From a virus (Duplodnaviria; Caudoviricetes), in IMG/VR virus record IMGVR_UViG_2634166398_000003, positions 3,548 to 67,547 of that record: DNA of 64,000 nucleotides. One strand, given 5' to 3'. The stretch's first letter is position 1. Each line of letters begins with the position of its first letter. The notes beneath the pieces were generated by a model, which searched no databases, was not told the DNA's origin, and saw nothing but the letters and a program-made list of their open reading frames with translations. The position numbers were made by a program, and so were the translations under genes. Positions 28,404-37,412 of this stretch are shown here, piece by piece.

Positions 28404-28533
28404 TGAACGAAATGAGCCGTTTCGAGCTTTCGGATACCTATCGTACCTGAACGCGTCCGAGACGGCTCTCTCGTTGTAATTTCGTGGTATAATCGTTCTA
28501 TACAACGATGTAGGACACGGGGGTACAGCGAAA

Positions 28534-28713
28534 ATGGAGGAAAAATACGAGACTAACGGCATTGATACGTCGATCACTTACGAATACAAGGAATTTCCGG
28601 ACAAGCGCGCAGGGCGATGCGACAATTGCGATTATACGCTTTTCAAAAGCTCGGTGAAGAGCGGAAAGTTTCTTCGGGAGTGCCGGCGGTGTGGGATGAA
28701 AAAGAATATATAA
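28534..28713 (+). CDS. 59 aa zinc-ribbon protein (not in track)
   Basis: CDNC and CRRC motifs; TGGTATAAT extended -10 at 28485-28493. Confidence 0.6.
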   Translation: MEEKYETNGIDTSITYEYKEFPDKRAGRCDNCDYTLFKSSVKSGKFLRECRRCGMKKNI

Positions 28714-28719
28714 AAATAG

Positions 28720-28746
28720 AGACGCCCGTATAAGGCGTCCTTTTTC
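28720..28746 (+). terminator. Terminator (possibly bidirectional) ending the plus-strand island
   Basis: GACGCC-loop-GGCGTC with T run after and A run before. Confidence 0.65.
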
Positions 28747-28846
28747 GTTCTATGCTCCGCGTGACGGACTCGCGCCTCTGATTGCACTCTCTAACGGATT
28801 AGCTCCTCGTGGCATTCCCATTCGCCTCACCTCCGGTATAGTAAAA

Positions 28847-29647
28847 TTATACCTTCTTAACGTTAAACAGCGCAATCAGCGTTTTGTCCGGCGTCTTGGA
28901 TTGTCGATAGAATACGTTAGGATTAAACGTATAGCGCTCCGGCTCGCTTCCGACTTTAATTCGCGCAACAACGTATTCGCCGTCGAATTTCATCTGCTTC
29001 AGGCGCCGGCCAAGCGTATCCGAAGTAACACCGATCGCCGCCGCAAGCTCTTTTTTGTTAAACCAACGTATACGCTTCGGGTTCTTTTCGAAGGGATTTT
29101 CGCATAGAGCGTTTGTTTCGTAATGAATGAACGGTAGCATACGATAGATCAGACCGATGTCAGTCGCCTTCACTTCGCTGTACACACGTTTAATCTTCGC
29201 GCTGTATAGCTTGACGACTTGCTGGCTACCGAAATTACCTTTGAAGTGGTAGCGGTCATTTACACTGTAGCGTCCGCCCTCTTCCCGGATAATGTCGTGA
29301 TTGGTACAGGCGGAAAGGAAGTCGTAAAAGGTCCGTGGTTTTTTACCGAGCTGCAAAACGTCCATCATGTCCGCGGTGTTCATCGGTGTTTTATTACGGC
29401 TGGATTTTATTAGAACACCGTTGTAGTCGACGTAGCACTGAAGCAGCATCAGATAGCCGCACTGTGCCGTCGTAAGAGCGTCATAGACTTCGTGAATATT
29501 AGACATATTGGCGTTTGAGAAATCGCGCCGATCGGCCGTCTTTTCTTGCTGTTGACGAAAGGCTGCGTCTTGATTGCGATGTCGCAGCGTGTACATTTCC
29601 GACCAGTCTTCGCCTGTCTCCGTATTAATAACTCGTAATCTCTTCAT
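28847..29647 (-). CDS. Winged-helix DNA-binding protein resembling Firmicute plasmid Rep (RepL-like)
   Basis: VINTETGE start, two HTH-like segments, YTFNPNVFY C-terminal motif. Confidence 0.55.
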   Translation of the reverse strand: MKRLRVINTETGEDWSEMYTLRHRNQDAAFRQQQEKTADRRDFSNANMSNIHEVYDALTTAQCGYLMLLQCYVDYNGVLIKSSRNKTPMNTADMMDVLQLGKKPRTFYDFLSACTNHDIIREEGGRYSVNDRYHFKGNFGSQQVVKLYSAKIKRVYSEVKATDIGLIYRMLPFIHYETNALCENPFEKNPKRIRWFNKKELAAAIGVTSDTLGRRLKQMKFDGEYVVARIKVGSEPERYTFNPNVFYRQSKTPDKTLIALFNVKKV

Positions 29648-29700
29648 TATACCGTCTCCTTTTTCGCAAAATAAAAGAGCGCTGAACGGGCGTCCTCACA

Positions 29701-29735
29701 ACGTATAGACAACTAACGCGGTAAAATACGGGTAT
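29701..29735 (-). promoter_or_regulatory. Putative phage late promoter (class C)
   Basis: Matches the motif at 22576-22610. Confidence 0.6.
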
Positions 29736-30223
29736 TAGTGATAAACTTTTTCGCCGGTTGCGATATTTACGGTGAACTGGCCGTTAGACTTTCCGTTAAC
29801 AAACGCCGAATAACGTTTCCTTCGCTCTTCATTCCGTGCCTTGGCGCGCTTATCTAGTAATTTATTTTCGTAGGAAGAGCGTGGCCTGCGGATCGGCCGG
29901 CCTTTATAGGAGCCGGTTTGGTCGTATTCCTCCGCCAATTTATCCGAAGCTTCACGTTTGTATCGCTCTTCGAACTGGGTTTCGCTCATGATCGGGTACT
30001 CTTCACGCGTCACCTTATCCGGATGCGCGTCGGAAAGCTCTTCGTAGAGTACGAGATTAGCCATTCGTTCAAGTGCTGATAGCTCCGGGTGCTCACCGGT
30101 AGAGTCGTAGTAAGCGTCTGACAGGGCCGTTATTTCCTCAATACGTTCCTTCCGCGTCATATCGCCAGCCTTAGTGCGTGTGTACATTTCCGTAATTGTT
30201 TCGTGCAAAATCGTTTTATCCAT
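29735..30223 (-). CDS. Conserved phage hypothetical protein (possible late-regulator partner)
   Basis: ATG 30223; HPDKVTREEYPIMS motif; coupled to the region-4 HTH gene. Confidence 0.65.
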   Translation of the reverse strand: MDKTILHETITEMYTRTKAGDMTRKERIEEITALSDAYYDSTGEHPELSALERMANLVLYEELSDAHPDKVTREEYPIMSETQFEERYKREASDKLAEEYDQTGSYKGRPIRRPRSSYENKLLDKRAKARNEERRKRYSAFVNGKSNGQFTVNIATGEKVYH

Positions 30224-30605
30224 CAATCCGTCCCCCTGTCGTGTATCCTTCGCCATGACTGGCCCAATAGTAATAAATGTCCGCAAGCTTTTCAGCAGAC
30301 AAAGTTAGGTTAAAATCGACACCTTGCTGCGTTATGCCCATCCGTTCTCCCGCCTCGGCCTGCGTTAATTCTCCGAAGTAAACGAGCTCGATCGCCTGTC
30401 GTTGCCGATCCGTTAAGCCGGCGAGCTCGATCGCCTTGTGTATGTCGATTAGTACTTCCACGGCCGCATAGTCGCCGCAGCGCTTCCGGCTGACGAACTT
30501 CTGATAATCGGCGAGTAGCAACTTGACGCCCTCTGCGTCGTCGAGCGCATATGCGGCGTTAAACTCGCGGTCCTTGCGGTGCAAATCGATTTTTACCGTT
30601 CCCAT
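30216..30605 (-). CDS. Sigma-70 region-4 HTH protein (putative late transcription regulator)
   Basis: LTDRQRQAIELVYFGELTQAEAGERMGITQQGV; ATG 30605 after GGAGG. Confidence 0.8.
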   Translation of the reverse strand: MGTVKIDLHRKDREFNAAYALDDAEGVKLLLADYQKFVSRKRCGDYAAVEVLIDIHKAIELAGLTDRQRQAIELVYFGELTQAEAGERMGITQQGVDFNLTLSAEKLADIYYYWASHGEGYTTGGRIDG

Positions 30606-31363
30606 CAAACCACCTCCGCATCTATACCGCAAAGTAAGTGAAGAAACTTGGTCTCGGCGCTCACCGTGCCGAACTCCGAGGGATTAAGCACATGATGCGG
30701 AATCTCTTCCGACTCAATAAGGTCATCGTAAGGAATTAGATCGTCGTCCCAAATCACATTTAGTTCGCTCGCAGTTAAGTCCGTATAAGGAAGAACGTTA
30801 AGCGACGAAAAGTGCATAAAATCGTCCCGATCATTTTGAATAAAGAAAGCCCCTTTGCTTTTTCTCGTCAAAACGTCGCAATGTACGACCACTGCATTCA
30901 TGCCGCGGAACAATAAGTTAAATAATAAAAACGGTATTGCGCGGTCGCTCATCTCCTCGCAGTGGTAGAAATACCACGATGGCTTATAGTCGAACGGTGA
31001 GTGGTTGAGTCGGTCCGCATGCCATTTAGATATAGTCAACCCGCCAGTACCAGCGCACCCATCGTAAGTTGTTCGTGAATAAGTGTCGTCGTTTGCTATG
31101 CCCGCTAATAAATCCCCTACGCTTCCGGGCGTGAAATCCTGTTTTTTATCCTTCCGATCAGCGTGCTCCTCTTGGAAATACACATGAAATACGTCCTCTT
31201 CAGTTTTGCAAAGTTCCGGATCATTCACGAACTGTCTAAATACGTCCTCGCGGCGTTCTCGATCGAACAATACCTCCATGATCCTCGCAGGAGCTTTATA
31301 GGAGTCGTCGATACATAAAATACGATTAATTTTCTCGGTAACCGTTTCTCGCAATTCCGCCAC
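30605..31363 (-). CDS. N6-adenine methyltransferase-like protein (SAM-binding half only)
   Basis: QDFTP and YDGCAGTGGL motifs of HsdM-like enzymes; no NPP(Y/F) motif. Confidence 0.7.
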   Translation of the reverse strand: MAELRETVTEKINRILCIDDSYKAPARIMEVLFDRERREDVFRQFVNDPELCKTEEDVFHVYFQEEHADRKDKKQDFTPGSVGDLLAGIANDDTYSRTTYDGCAGTGGLTISKWHADRLNHSPFDYKPSWYFYHCEEMSDRAIPFLLFNLLFRGMNAVVVHCDVLTRKSKGAFFIQNDRDDFMHFSSLNVLPYTDLTASELNVIWDDDLIPYDDLIESEEIPHHVLNPSEFGTVSAETKFLHLLCGIDAEVV

Positions 31364-31372
31364 TCCTTTCGT

Positions 31373-31401
31373 TTGCTTTTCGTCCTCAAATCTCCTATAA
31401 T
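31373..31401 (+). promoter_or_regulatory. SigA promoter of the antisense-oriented 126 aa gene
   Basis: TTGCTT-17-TATAAT. Confidence 0.6.
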
Positions 31402-31431
31402 CGTCTTATAAAATAAGCGAGGTGTATCCGT

Positions 31432-31812
31432 ATGGTTATTAATTGGATTTCAGCGCAAAGTAATGACGCTTACATAACGCTTGATAAACAACGAAGAATA
31501 TACGTTTCGTCCGGCGCACGTAAGATCATCGGTCTGCCCGACAAAGCACCGTTTTACCTGACGATCGGCTACGATGACGAAGCGAATCGCCTTGTTTGCG
31601 CGAAGCCTGAAAGCGTAAAGGCCGATGCGACTCCGTTCAAATTCGATAAGCGTTCGTATAATAAAGCCGCAAGCAAAGTAATTAAGGCGACCGGCTTCAA
31701 AGACGAGGACCTTCCGCTACGTTTTCAGATGATTGGCGAAGAGGAAGCCGCAAAGCAGCCGTATATGGCGTACCCTTCCGGCGTTTATGCTTTCGATTTA
31801 AATCGTAGCTGA
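31432..31812 (+). CDS. Hypothetical protein, possible AbrB/MraZ-like fold
   Basis: Own promoter and GAGGTG SD; ITLDKQRRIYV motif. Confidence 0.65.
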   Translation: MVINWISAQSNDAYITLDKQRRIYVSSGARKIIGLPDKAPFYLTIGYDDEANRLVCAKPESVKADATPFKFDKRSYNKAASKVIKATGFKDEDLPLRFQMIGEEEAAKQPYMAYPSGVYAFDLNRS

Positions 31813-32735
31813 TCCGCCAATGCACATCCGATATACCACGCCACACGCGAAGCAATTCCGTTTCCGACAATCCGGTATTGCGCCGATAAAGAAATATCGT
31901 CTGGCAGGACGTAAGTGTCTGGCGCAGATTGGATTCGGAGACATTCGCGAACGGTGAATCGTCGTGGTGCTTCGGTCGGATGGATCGGCTGTCCGCTGTT
32001 ATGGTGCGCCGGAATTGTATTAGACGGTTTGTCTAGCGATTGCACGCGGTTAGCTTGGCCGTATGTGTATTCGCTTTTTGGCGTCCAATACTTTCCGCAA
32101 TCTTGGCGCTCAGGCTCAGGCAAATCCCCGATAACATCCCGCAGGACTCGCGTCTGAAAATCGCCTTCTAACGGCTTCGGAAACTCGAAGGTGAATCCGA
32201 GGTCTTTTCGAATTCCGACGATAAACACGCGCTCTCGCTTCTGTGCTACTCCGTAGTCCCACGCGCTCAGCGCTTTCCACTCAATCTCGTAACCTATTTC
32301 GTTAAACTTCTCGATAAGTGCGTCGAATGTAGGGCGGTGGCGCTTCGTTATCAACCCTTTTACGTTTTCAAATACGAAGGCTTTCGGTTGCTTTCGTTCA
32401 ATGATTTCGAGATACCGCCATACGAGTTTACCGCGTTCTCCATCTGCCCCGGCACCTTTACCCGCAACCGAGAAGTCTTGGCATGGCGGCCCTCCGAATA
32501 TAACGTCTGTGTCCGGCAAATTGTCGATACCAATTTCGTTAATGTCCGCCTGTTCTACGTAATCACCAAAGTTGTGGCGGTAGGCTTTGACGGCGTTCTT
32601 ATCGAAGTCCAGCGCCTTTACGATATCAAAGCCGGCCGCCTTAAAGCCGATTGCTCCCAGTCCGCCTCCACAGAATAATTCGAGCACAGTCAGTCCGTTC
32701 GCCGGCTGTTGTGGCGTTAAATTAAAGTCGCCCAT
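31785..32735 (-). CDS. C5-cytosine DNA methyltransferase (orphan, short target-recognition domain)
   Basis: ELFCGGG, GGPPCQDFS, ENVKG, QKRERV, RRFTVRECLRIQ and YRIVGN motifs; AAGGAG SD before ATG 32735, frame open to GTG 32924. Confidence 0.92.
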   Translation of the reverse strand: MGDFNLTPQQPANGLTVLELFCGGGLGAIGFKAAGFDIVKALDFDKNAVKAYRHNFGDYVEQADINEIGIDNLPDTDVIFGGPPCQDFSVAGKGAGADGERGKLVWRYLEIIERKQPKAFVFENVKGLITKRHRPTFDALIEKFNEIGYEIEWKALSAWDYGVAQKRERVFIVGIRKDLGFTFEFPKPLEGDFQTRVLRDVIGDLPEPERQDCGKYWTPKSEYTYGQANRVQSLDKPSNTIPAHHNSGQPIHPTEAPRRFTVRECLRIQSAPDTYVLPDDISLSAQYRIVGNGIASRVAWYIGCALADQLRFKSKA

Positions 32736-32920
32736 GTATTCGCTCCTTTCGTTATGTGGTACGGGATAGAAGACACCGTAAGGCACTCCCTTATAGATGA
32801 CCGCCGGTATTGTAGCCGCCACTTTGTCTGTAGAATGAATAAATCTACGTTTTGGATTGGCGTACATATATCTCAAAGCTTTTTCGCTTAGTGTTTTCGG
32901 TTCGTGATTCGGAATCTCCG

Positions 32921-33493
32921 TCACCTAACGCCCACCTCCGCCATTAAATCGTCCAACTTCGCATAAAGCTGCTCGTACGTCCCATCGTTAACAATTTCGT
33001 AATCAATTTCGAAAGTTTGCAGCGCTTTTTCAGTCGGATGATCGAGCGCTGCTAAATCGAAATCGTCGCCGGCCTTTTGTGCGCGTTCGACCCGCAGTTC
33101 CTCCGGCGCTGTGATGCGGACGATGGTAAATCCTTCGGCGCGCAGCCGGTCATATTCGTTCTGCTGCCGAACGTCTTCGATCAGTACGCGATTCTTCAGG
33201 GACGGAGCTAATCCGCAATCACATTTGCGAGAAAAGAGCGCCGTATATGCGTCGACTTTCGCCATACATGCGTCTATCCAGACGTTCTCGCCGAGTATCT
33301 TCCGCACCGCCTGACCGAATTCTTGATAATACGCACGTGGCTTCGGCTTTTCAGGTACGGAAGGGAACGCGCGATGAAAGGCGGCTTTGAGTTCGTCACT
33401 GAAGGCGAACGTTTGGAAATCGTAATACGTCGATAGATAGCCGGCAGCTTGCGACTTGCCTGCGCGTAAAGGTGCGGTCAGAGCGAGCTTCAT
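32921..33493 (-). CDS. Deoxynucleoside monophosphate kinase-like P-loop protein
   Basis: APLRAGKS Walker A; IEDVRQQNE and HPTE motifs. Confidence 0.8.
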   Translation of the reverse strand: MKLALTAPLRAGKSQAAGYLSTYYDFQTFAFSDELKAAFHRAFPSVPEKPKPRAYYQEFGQAVRKILGENVWIDACMAKVDAYTALFSRKCDCGLAPSLKNRVLIEDVRQQNEYDRLRAEGFTIVRITAPEELRVERAQKAGDDFDLAALDHPTEKALQTFEIDYEIVNDGTYEQLYAKLDDLMAEVGVR

Positions 33494-34419
33494 GGGCGCT
33501 CCTCCTCGGTTGCCCCGGAAACAAATTCGATATCGTGCGTGGTGAATTCACCCTCCGCTGCATCAATACGAATATGCCTTACCCCGCGCAATTTCTTACC
33601 GTCTTGATACACATCAAACGCATCGCCAATTTTCCGTTGAATAAAAACTAGTGGCGCATCAGTCGGAGCGCACTCTGCAGTCTTCGTCGGCTCCTTCAAC
33701 CGCGCTAACTCTTCGCCAAGCGTCCGTTTGTCTTTATACAGCGTGTCGATTTCGTCTCTATGGCGGTCGACCGTCCGTTTTAAAGACGCTACCTCTTGCG
33801 CTAAACTGGCGATAACGTCGATTGGGTCGGCGGGCTTCAGTTCGTCTTCGGCGGCTTCGACCGGGACGAGGACGCGATAATACCCGTGATCTAAACCGAT
33901 CCACACCCCTTCTTCGTCTTCATACGGATCGACCTCTACTCCTTCGTCATCAGTCTTACGAACCTCTCTCGCGATTCCACTCGATTCGCCTTCGTATAGG
34001 TGAATAATCTTCTCGCCCACTTCCGCCTTGCGATCGGTTAATTCGTAGCGACCGCCGTCAATATGAACGATGTCGGTCGGCTCGAGTACGTGATATTCAA
34101 AATCGAAGATATCTCGATGACATGCCGTCTGTATGCCCCTACTGCAACCGAGTAAACTTTCCACCTCAAATCTATATCCGTTATGATACGGCTCTTCACA
34201 TTGAACGTCTGCGTTTACGATGACGATCTTCTCGCCGACCTCCGCTTTACGATCGACCTCAACGTATTCTCGCTTGATGCCGCCAAGTGTTTCGTCAGCC
34301 AGTACGTGGATCTTTGCGTTTGCGTTTACGATATCCTTCGCCATATTATCGATATTCCTCCTTAATATTCGATCATATTCTGATTTAGCTCTTTCCGCCT
34401 CAGCGCTGAACCAACCCAT
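33490..34419 (-). CDS. Hypothetical protein with two RKAEVGEKI repeats and a coiled coil
   Basis: ATG 34419 after GGAGG; internal duplication. Confidence 0.7.
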   Translation of the reverse strand: MGWFSAEAERAKSEYDRILRRNIDNMAKDIVNANAKIHVLADETLGGIKREYVEVDRKAEVGEKIVIVNADVQCEEPYHNGYRFEVESLLGCSRGIQTACHRDIFDFEYHVLEPTDIVHIDGGRYELTDRKAEVGEKIIHLYEGESSGIAREVRKTDDEGVEVDPYEDEEGVWIGLDHGYYRVLVPVEAAEDELKPADPIDVIASLAQEVASLKRTVDRHRDEIDTLYKDKRTLGEELARLKEPTKTAECAPTDAPLVFIQRKIGDAFDVYQDGKKLRGVRHIRIDAAEGEFTTHDIEFVSGATEEERP

Positions 34420-34909
34420 CCGATCGCCCTCCATAAATGACGTCATTTCTAACGTTAATTAATGCCGCCCTACAGCACTTCGTTTTATAACTTTGCGGAC
34501 TGGTTCCCACTCTCTTTGTCTCGGTAAAGCTTTCATTTCCGCACTCCATACATTCGAAACGAACGATAGGGCCGAAGCACTCGAAAGTATCTGTAGGGCT
34601 GACGTTATGCTTTCGCAACTCATTCTCAAACGTAGGATCTCCATCCCGGTACGGCTTCTCTAGCTCGAAAAGAGCGTAATGTATCAGTTCGTGCTTTAGA
34701 GTATCAATAGCGGCCTCTTTACCCCCGTAATCTAGTAAAATACCACTAAGCTCTATACAATCAGACTCCCTGCCTCTATGAATAAATTGACCTAACGTTC
34801 TTTTAAGCCGATTGTTTCTTCGTACGGGGATTCGCAGATCTATGCCGTAGTTTACTGAGAGAAATTGGCGAGCTTCTTCGGTCATATCCTCGATAGTTAC
34901 TAACACCAC
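34400..34909 (-). CDS. SprT-like zinc metalloprotease
   Basis: RLKRTLGQF, TLKHELIH (HExxH), C-terminal Cys cluster. Confidence 0.85.
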   Translation of the reverse strand: MVLVTIEDMTEEARQFLSVNYGIDLRIPVRRNNRLKRTLGQFIHRGRESDCIELSGILLDYGGKEAAIDTLKHELIHYALFELEKPYRDGDPTFENELRKHNVSPTDTFECFGPIVRFECMECGNESFTETKRVGTSPQSYKTKCCRAALINVRNDVIYGGRSDGLVQR

Positions 34910-34925
34910 ACGGACCGCCCTCCCG

Positions 34926-35516
34926 TTAATTTATTACGCGAACCTGCACCGACTGCCGCCCGAACTGTACCGCCTCGGCTTCATCCGCAACTAATACGTC
35001 AATCTTGGCGCCCTTAATCGCGCCTCCAGTATCGAGCGGCACCGCTTCGAATGTCGTGCCGTCTGCCTGCCGCACCTCAACCGTTGAGCCTAACGCAATC
35101 ACTGACGGATCTACCGCAATAATACGCTTGCCTGCGTGATAGATCGTATGGCTGACGTCGAGGCCGGTCGCTGTTGTTCCGGTACATCCTTCCGCGCAAT
35201 AAGCCGTATACGCAGTCGCTTCGAACGTTTGCCATCCGGAAGGCTCTTCGTGCTTTTGCGGCGGCTTCTCGTGCTTTTCGTTATCCCGCGCCTTGACTTC
35301 GTCTTTTACGGAAGCAAGTTCGGCTTCGAGCGCTTTTATCTTCGCATCCTTGGCCGCCAGTTCAGCGTCCTTGCCTTCGATAACGGCTTCCGCCTCTTGG
35401 AGCGCGGCTTCCTCTTCGGTGATGCGAGGCGGATCAGGCGGTGGCGGCTCCGGTGGCTTGGCGGTTGGATTCGTAAGTAATTGCGTTGACATCGCTAGAT
35501 TCGTTAGTATGCCGAT
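34926..35516 (-). CDS. 3D-domain (MltA-like) cell-wall protein with coiled coil; start uncertain
   Basis: ATAYT, IAVDPSVIALGS and DTGGAIKGAKIDV motifs. Confidence 0.85.
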   Translation of the reverse strand: MGILTNLAMSTQLLTNPTAKPPEPPPPDPPRITEEEAALQEAEAVIEGKDAELAAKDAKIKALEAELASVKDEVKARDNEKHEKPPQKHEEPSGWQTFEATAYTAYCAEGCTGTTATGLDVSHTIYHAGKRIIAVDPSVIALGSTVEVRQADGTTFEAVPLDTGGAIKGAKIDVLVADEAEAVQFGRQSVQVRVIN

Positions 35517-35518
35517 GC

Positions 35519-36301
35519 TTACACCTCCTCGAAAAATTGCGCAGTCCACGGTTCCACGTCAACCACTTCGCGTCTTAGCGCTTCGGCTAATTCGGTGATT
35601 TCCGCCTGTGCACCGCGTCCCTTTTTGCGTTTGGAATAGAACGACAACAACGCGGTCAGATTCGCAGTCATCACGAGATTCGTTGCGGCTGCGTTTGGTA
35701 GGACGGCGCGGGCATCTTCTGCGGGCACTCCGGCCTCTCGCAGTTTATCGTAGAATAGTTGCGATATTTCCATAGCCTCCACGAATATATCCGTGGCTGG
35801 GCGATCAGTCATTGGCGCTCCGTACACAAAATCGTACATGTCCGCCGTTTTATCGCTCGTAACTTTCTCCGGGACCACGTAATCAAATCCGCCCGATCTA
35901 TCGTCGCTCCCCATCCGCACATACCGCTGTGACTGGACGCTGAAGCTAAATCCGACACGATGCCGTGTAAGCTGCGCCAGTAACGCCCGGCTGACGCCTT
36001 CGATCGCAAAGGTGAACGAGATATGCTCCAACGTCGACGTATGTTTGGACGCGAATATGTGCCGGAAAAGCCGGTCGGCGTCCGTGCCTGCGCCGCCGTC
36101 TGACGCTTTGGAGCCGAAATACTTGGCGCCTTCCTTTGCGACGATTTCGGACGGCTTGTTGGCGCTATAGCACGTTCTGATTGCGGTTAGGGCGACCGCT
36201 TGGCCGTCCGTTTCATCACCGCACGGAACAAACGTGTCTAAGAAGCTACGAGAGACTTGCGTATGTGCGATAAGCTGTACGTTCATTTTGGTTTCCGCCA
36301 T
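35519..36301 (-). CDS. thyX: FAD-dependent thymidylate synthase
   Basis: HTSTLEH, LTRHRVGFSFSVQSQRY and EDARAVLP motifs. Confidence 0.93.
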   Translation of the reverse strand: MAETKMNVQLIAHTQVSRSFLDTFVPCGDETDGQAVALTAIRTCYSANKPSEIVAKEGAKYFGSKASDGGAGTDADRLFRHIFASKHTSTLEHISFTFAIEGVSRALLAQLTRHRVGFSFSVQSQRYVRMGSDDRSGGFDYVVPEKVTSDKTADMYDFVYGAPMTDRPATDIFVEAMEISQLFYDKLREAGVPAEDARAVLPNAAATNLVMTANLTALLSFYSKRKKGRGAQAEITELAEALRREVVDVEPWTAQFFEEV

Positions 36302-36616
36302 TTATCCGTCCTCCAATCGTTTTAACAATCGTCTGTAGCCTCGTTTAATCGCGTTTCTGCTTACGTCCGACATCGCAAGCGAATGCATGCTCACTTCGCG
36401 TTCAAGTTCCGCGTACTGTTCGTCTGAAATCGCGTTCAGATTAACGAATAGCCCACGCCTATTTTTCGCAATCCAGCGCAACGTAGTTTTAAACGGCTTG
36501 TGATATACGGACATGTGTAACGCGATGAATTTCGGTGCTCTTTCGTCAAGTATTCGGAAGGGAAACTGCATAGCCCATCGCGTTTTACTACTTTTACGGG
36601 GAAGTGGCGCCATCAC
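36302..36616 (-). CDS. Hypothetical basic protein
   Basis: ORF coupled between dut and thyX. Confidence 0.55.
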   Translation of the reverse strand: MMAPLPRKSSKTRWAMQFPFRILDERAPKFIALHMSVYHKPFKTTLRWIAKNRRGLFVNLNAISDEQYAELEREVSMHSLAMSDVSRNAIKRGYRRLLKRLEDG

Positions 36617-37161
36617 GACGACACCCCGCTACTCCCGAAACCGCCCGCACCTCGATCGCTATCGCCGAGCGTATCAACCTCCGTAAACACCGCCTGTTCG
36701 ACCGGCTTGATTACTGCTTGCGCTAGGCGATCTCCTTTGCGGATGATGTACGTATCGTTCGGATAATATCCGAAATAATCCCATTCGTTCTCTAACGAAC
36801 CGCTAATGACTTCAGGCGAAGCGATCTCAGAGTATTCGATAGCTTGCTGATTAAGATCGAGACCTAATACTTTTTTCTGCGCAATATTATCGACAATCAC
36901 TCCGACCTCTCCTCGATAGCCCGCGTCAACCGTCCCTAACTGAACGCGCAAAGGCGTCTTCAGCGTAATGCCGGATCGTGGTCGGATTTGCATTTCGTAT
37001 CCTTCCGGAATCTCGAAAGCCAAGCCCGTCGGCACACACGCCGTTGCTCCCGGCTCAATAATAACGTCCTCTGCCGCCACTAGATCGAAACCGGCGTCCG
37101 TTGCGTGCGCATAAGCCGGAATCTGTGCATCCGGTGATAACCGTTTTATATTTACGTTCAT
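36613..37161 (-). CDS. dut: Trimeric dUTPase with an internal insertion
   Basis: DAGFDL, RPRSG, GTVDAGYRGE, GDRLAQ and RGAGGFGSSG motifs; ATG 37161 after AAGGAGG. Confidence 0.92.
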   Translation of the reverse strand: MNVNIKRLSPDAQIPAYAHATDAGFDLVAAEDVIIEPGATACVPTGLAFEIPEGYEMQIRPRSGITLKTPLRVQLGTVDAGYRGEVGVIVDNIAQKKVLGLDLNQQAIEYSEIASPEVISGSLENEWDYFGYYPNDTYIIRKGDRLAQAVIKPVEQAVFTEVDTLGDSDRGAGGFGSSGVSS

Positions 37162-37316
37162 TTCGTTTCCTCCTTCGTGCTTTCGCTTGTTAATACCGCA
37201 ATCAAGGCGAACACGGCCACTATCGAAAACCAACGGAATCCTATCGTATGGATATACGGTAGAATGAAGAGCAGTCCGGCGATAATCGTTGCCGTGGCGC
37301 TGATAAATCGTTTCAC
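37158..37316 (-). CDS. 52 aa membrane protein (not in track)
   Basis: GAGGAGG then GTG: MKRFISATATIIAGLLFILPYIHTIGFRWFSIVAVFALIAVLTSESTKEETK; ATGA overlap with dut. Confidence 0.55.
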   Translation of the reverse strand: MKRFISATATIIAGLLFILPYIHTIGFRWFSIVAVFALIAVLTSESTKEETK

Positions 37317-37329
37317 AGGCGATGACCTC

Positions 37330-37411
37330 CTCACTTATATAATGGGTAAGTAATCGCCCGTTTTGCGACATCCTACGTGAAATAATATGCGCCTAGTAGA
37401 AAAACCGCGCA
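37330..37411 (-). promoter_or_regulatory. Tandem phage-specific promoter motifs, class A (37382-37411) and class B (37330-37371)
   Basis: TGCGCGGT-N11-GCGCATATTAT then ATGTCGCAAAA-N12-TACCCATTATATAAGTGAG; the same pair occurs at 62808-62903. Confidence 0.7.
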
Positions 37412-37412
37412 A

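Noticed and set aside
37162-37371. N-terminal extension of dUTPase
   Set aside because: Spans a promoter motif and a separate 52 aa membrane ORF; an SD precedes ATG 37161
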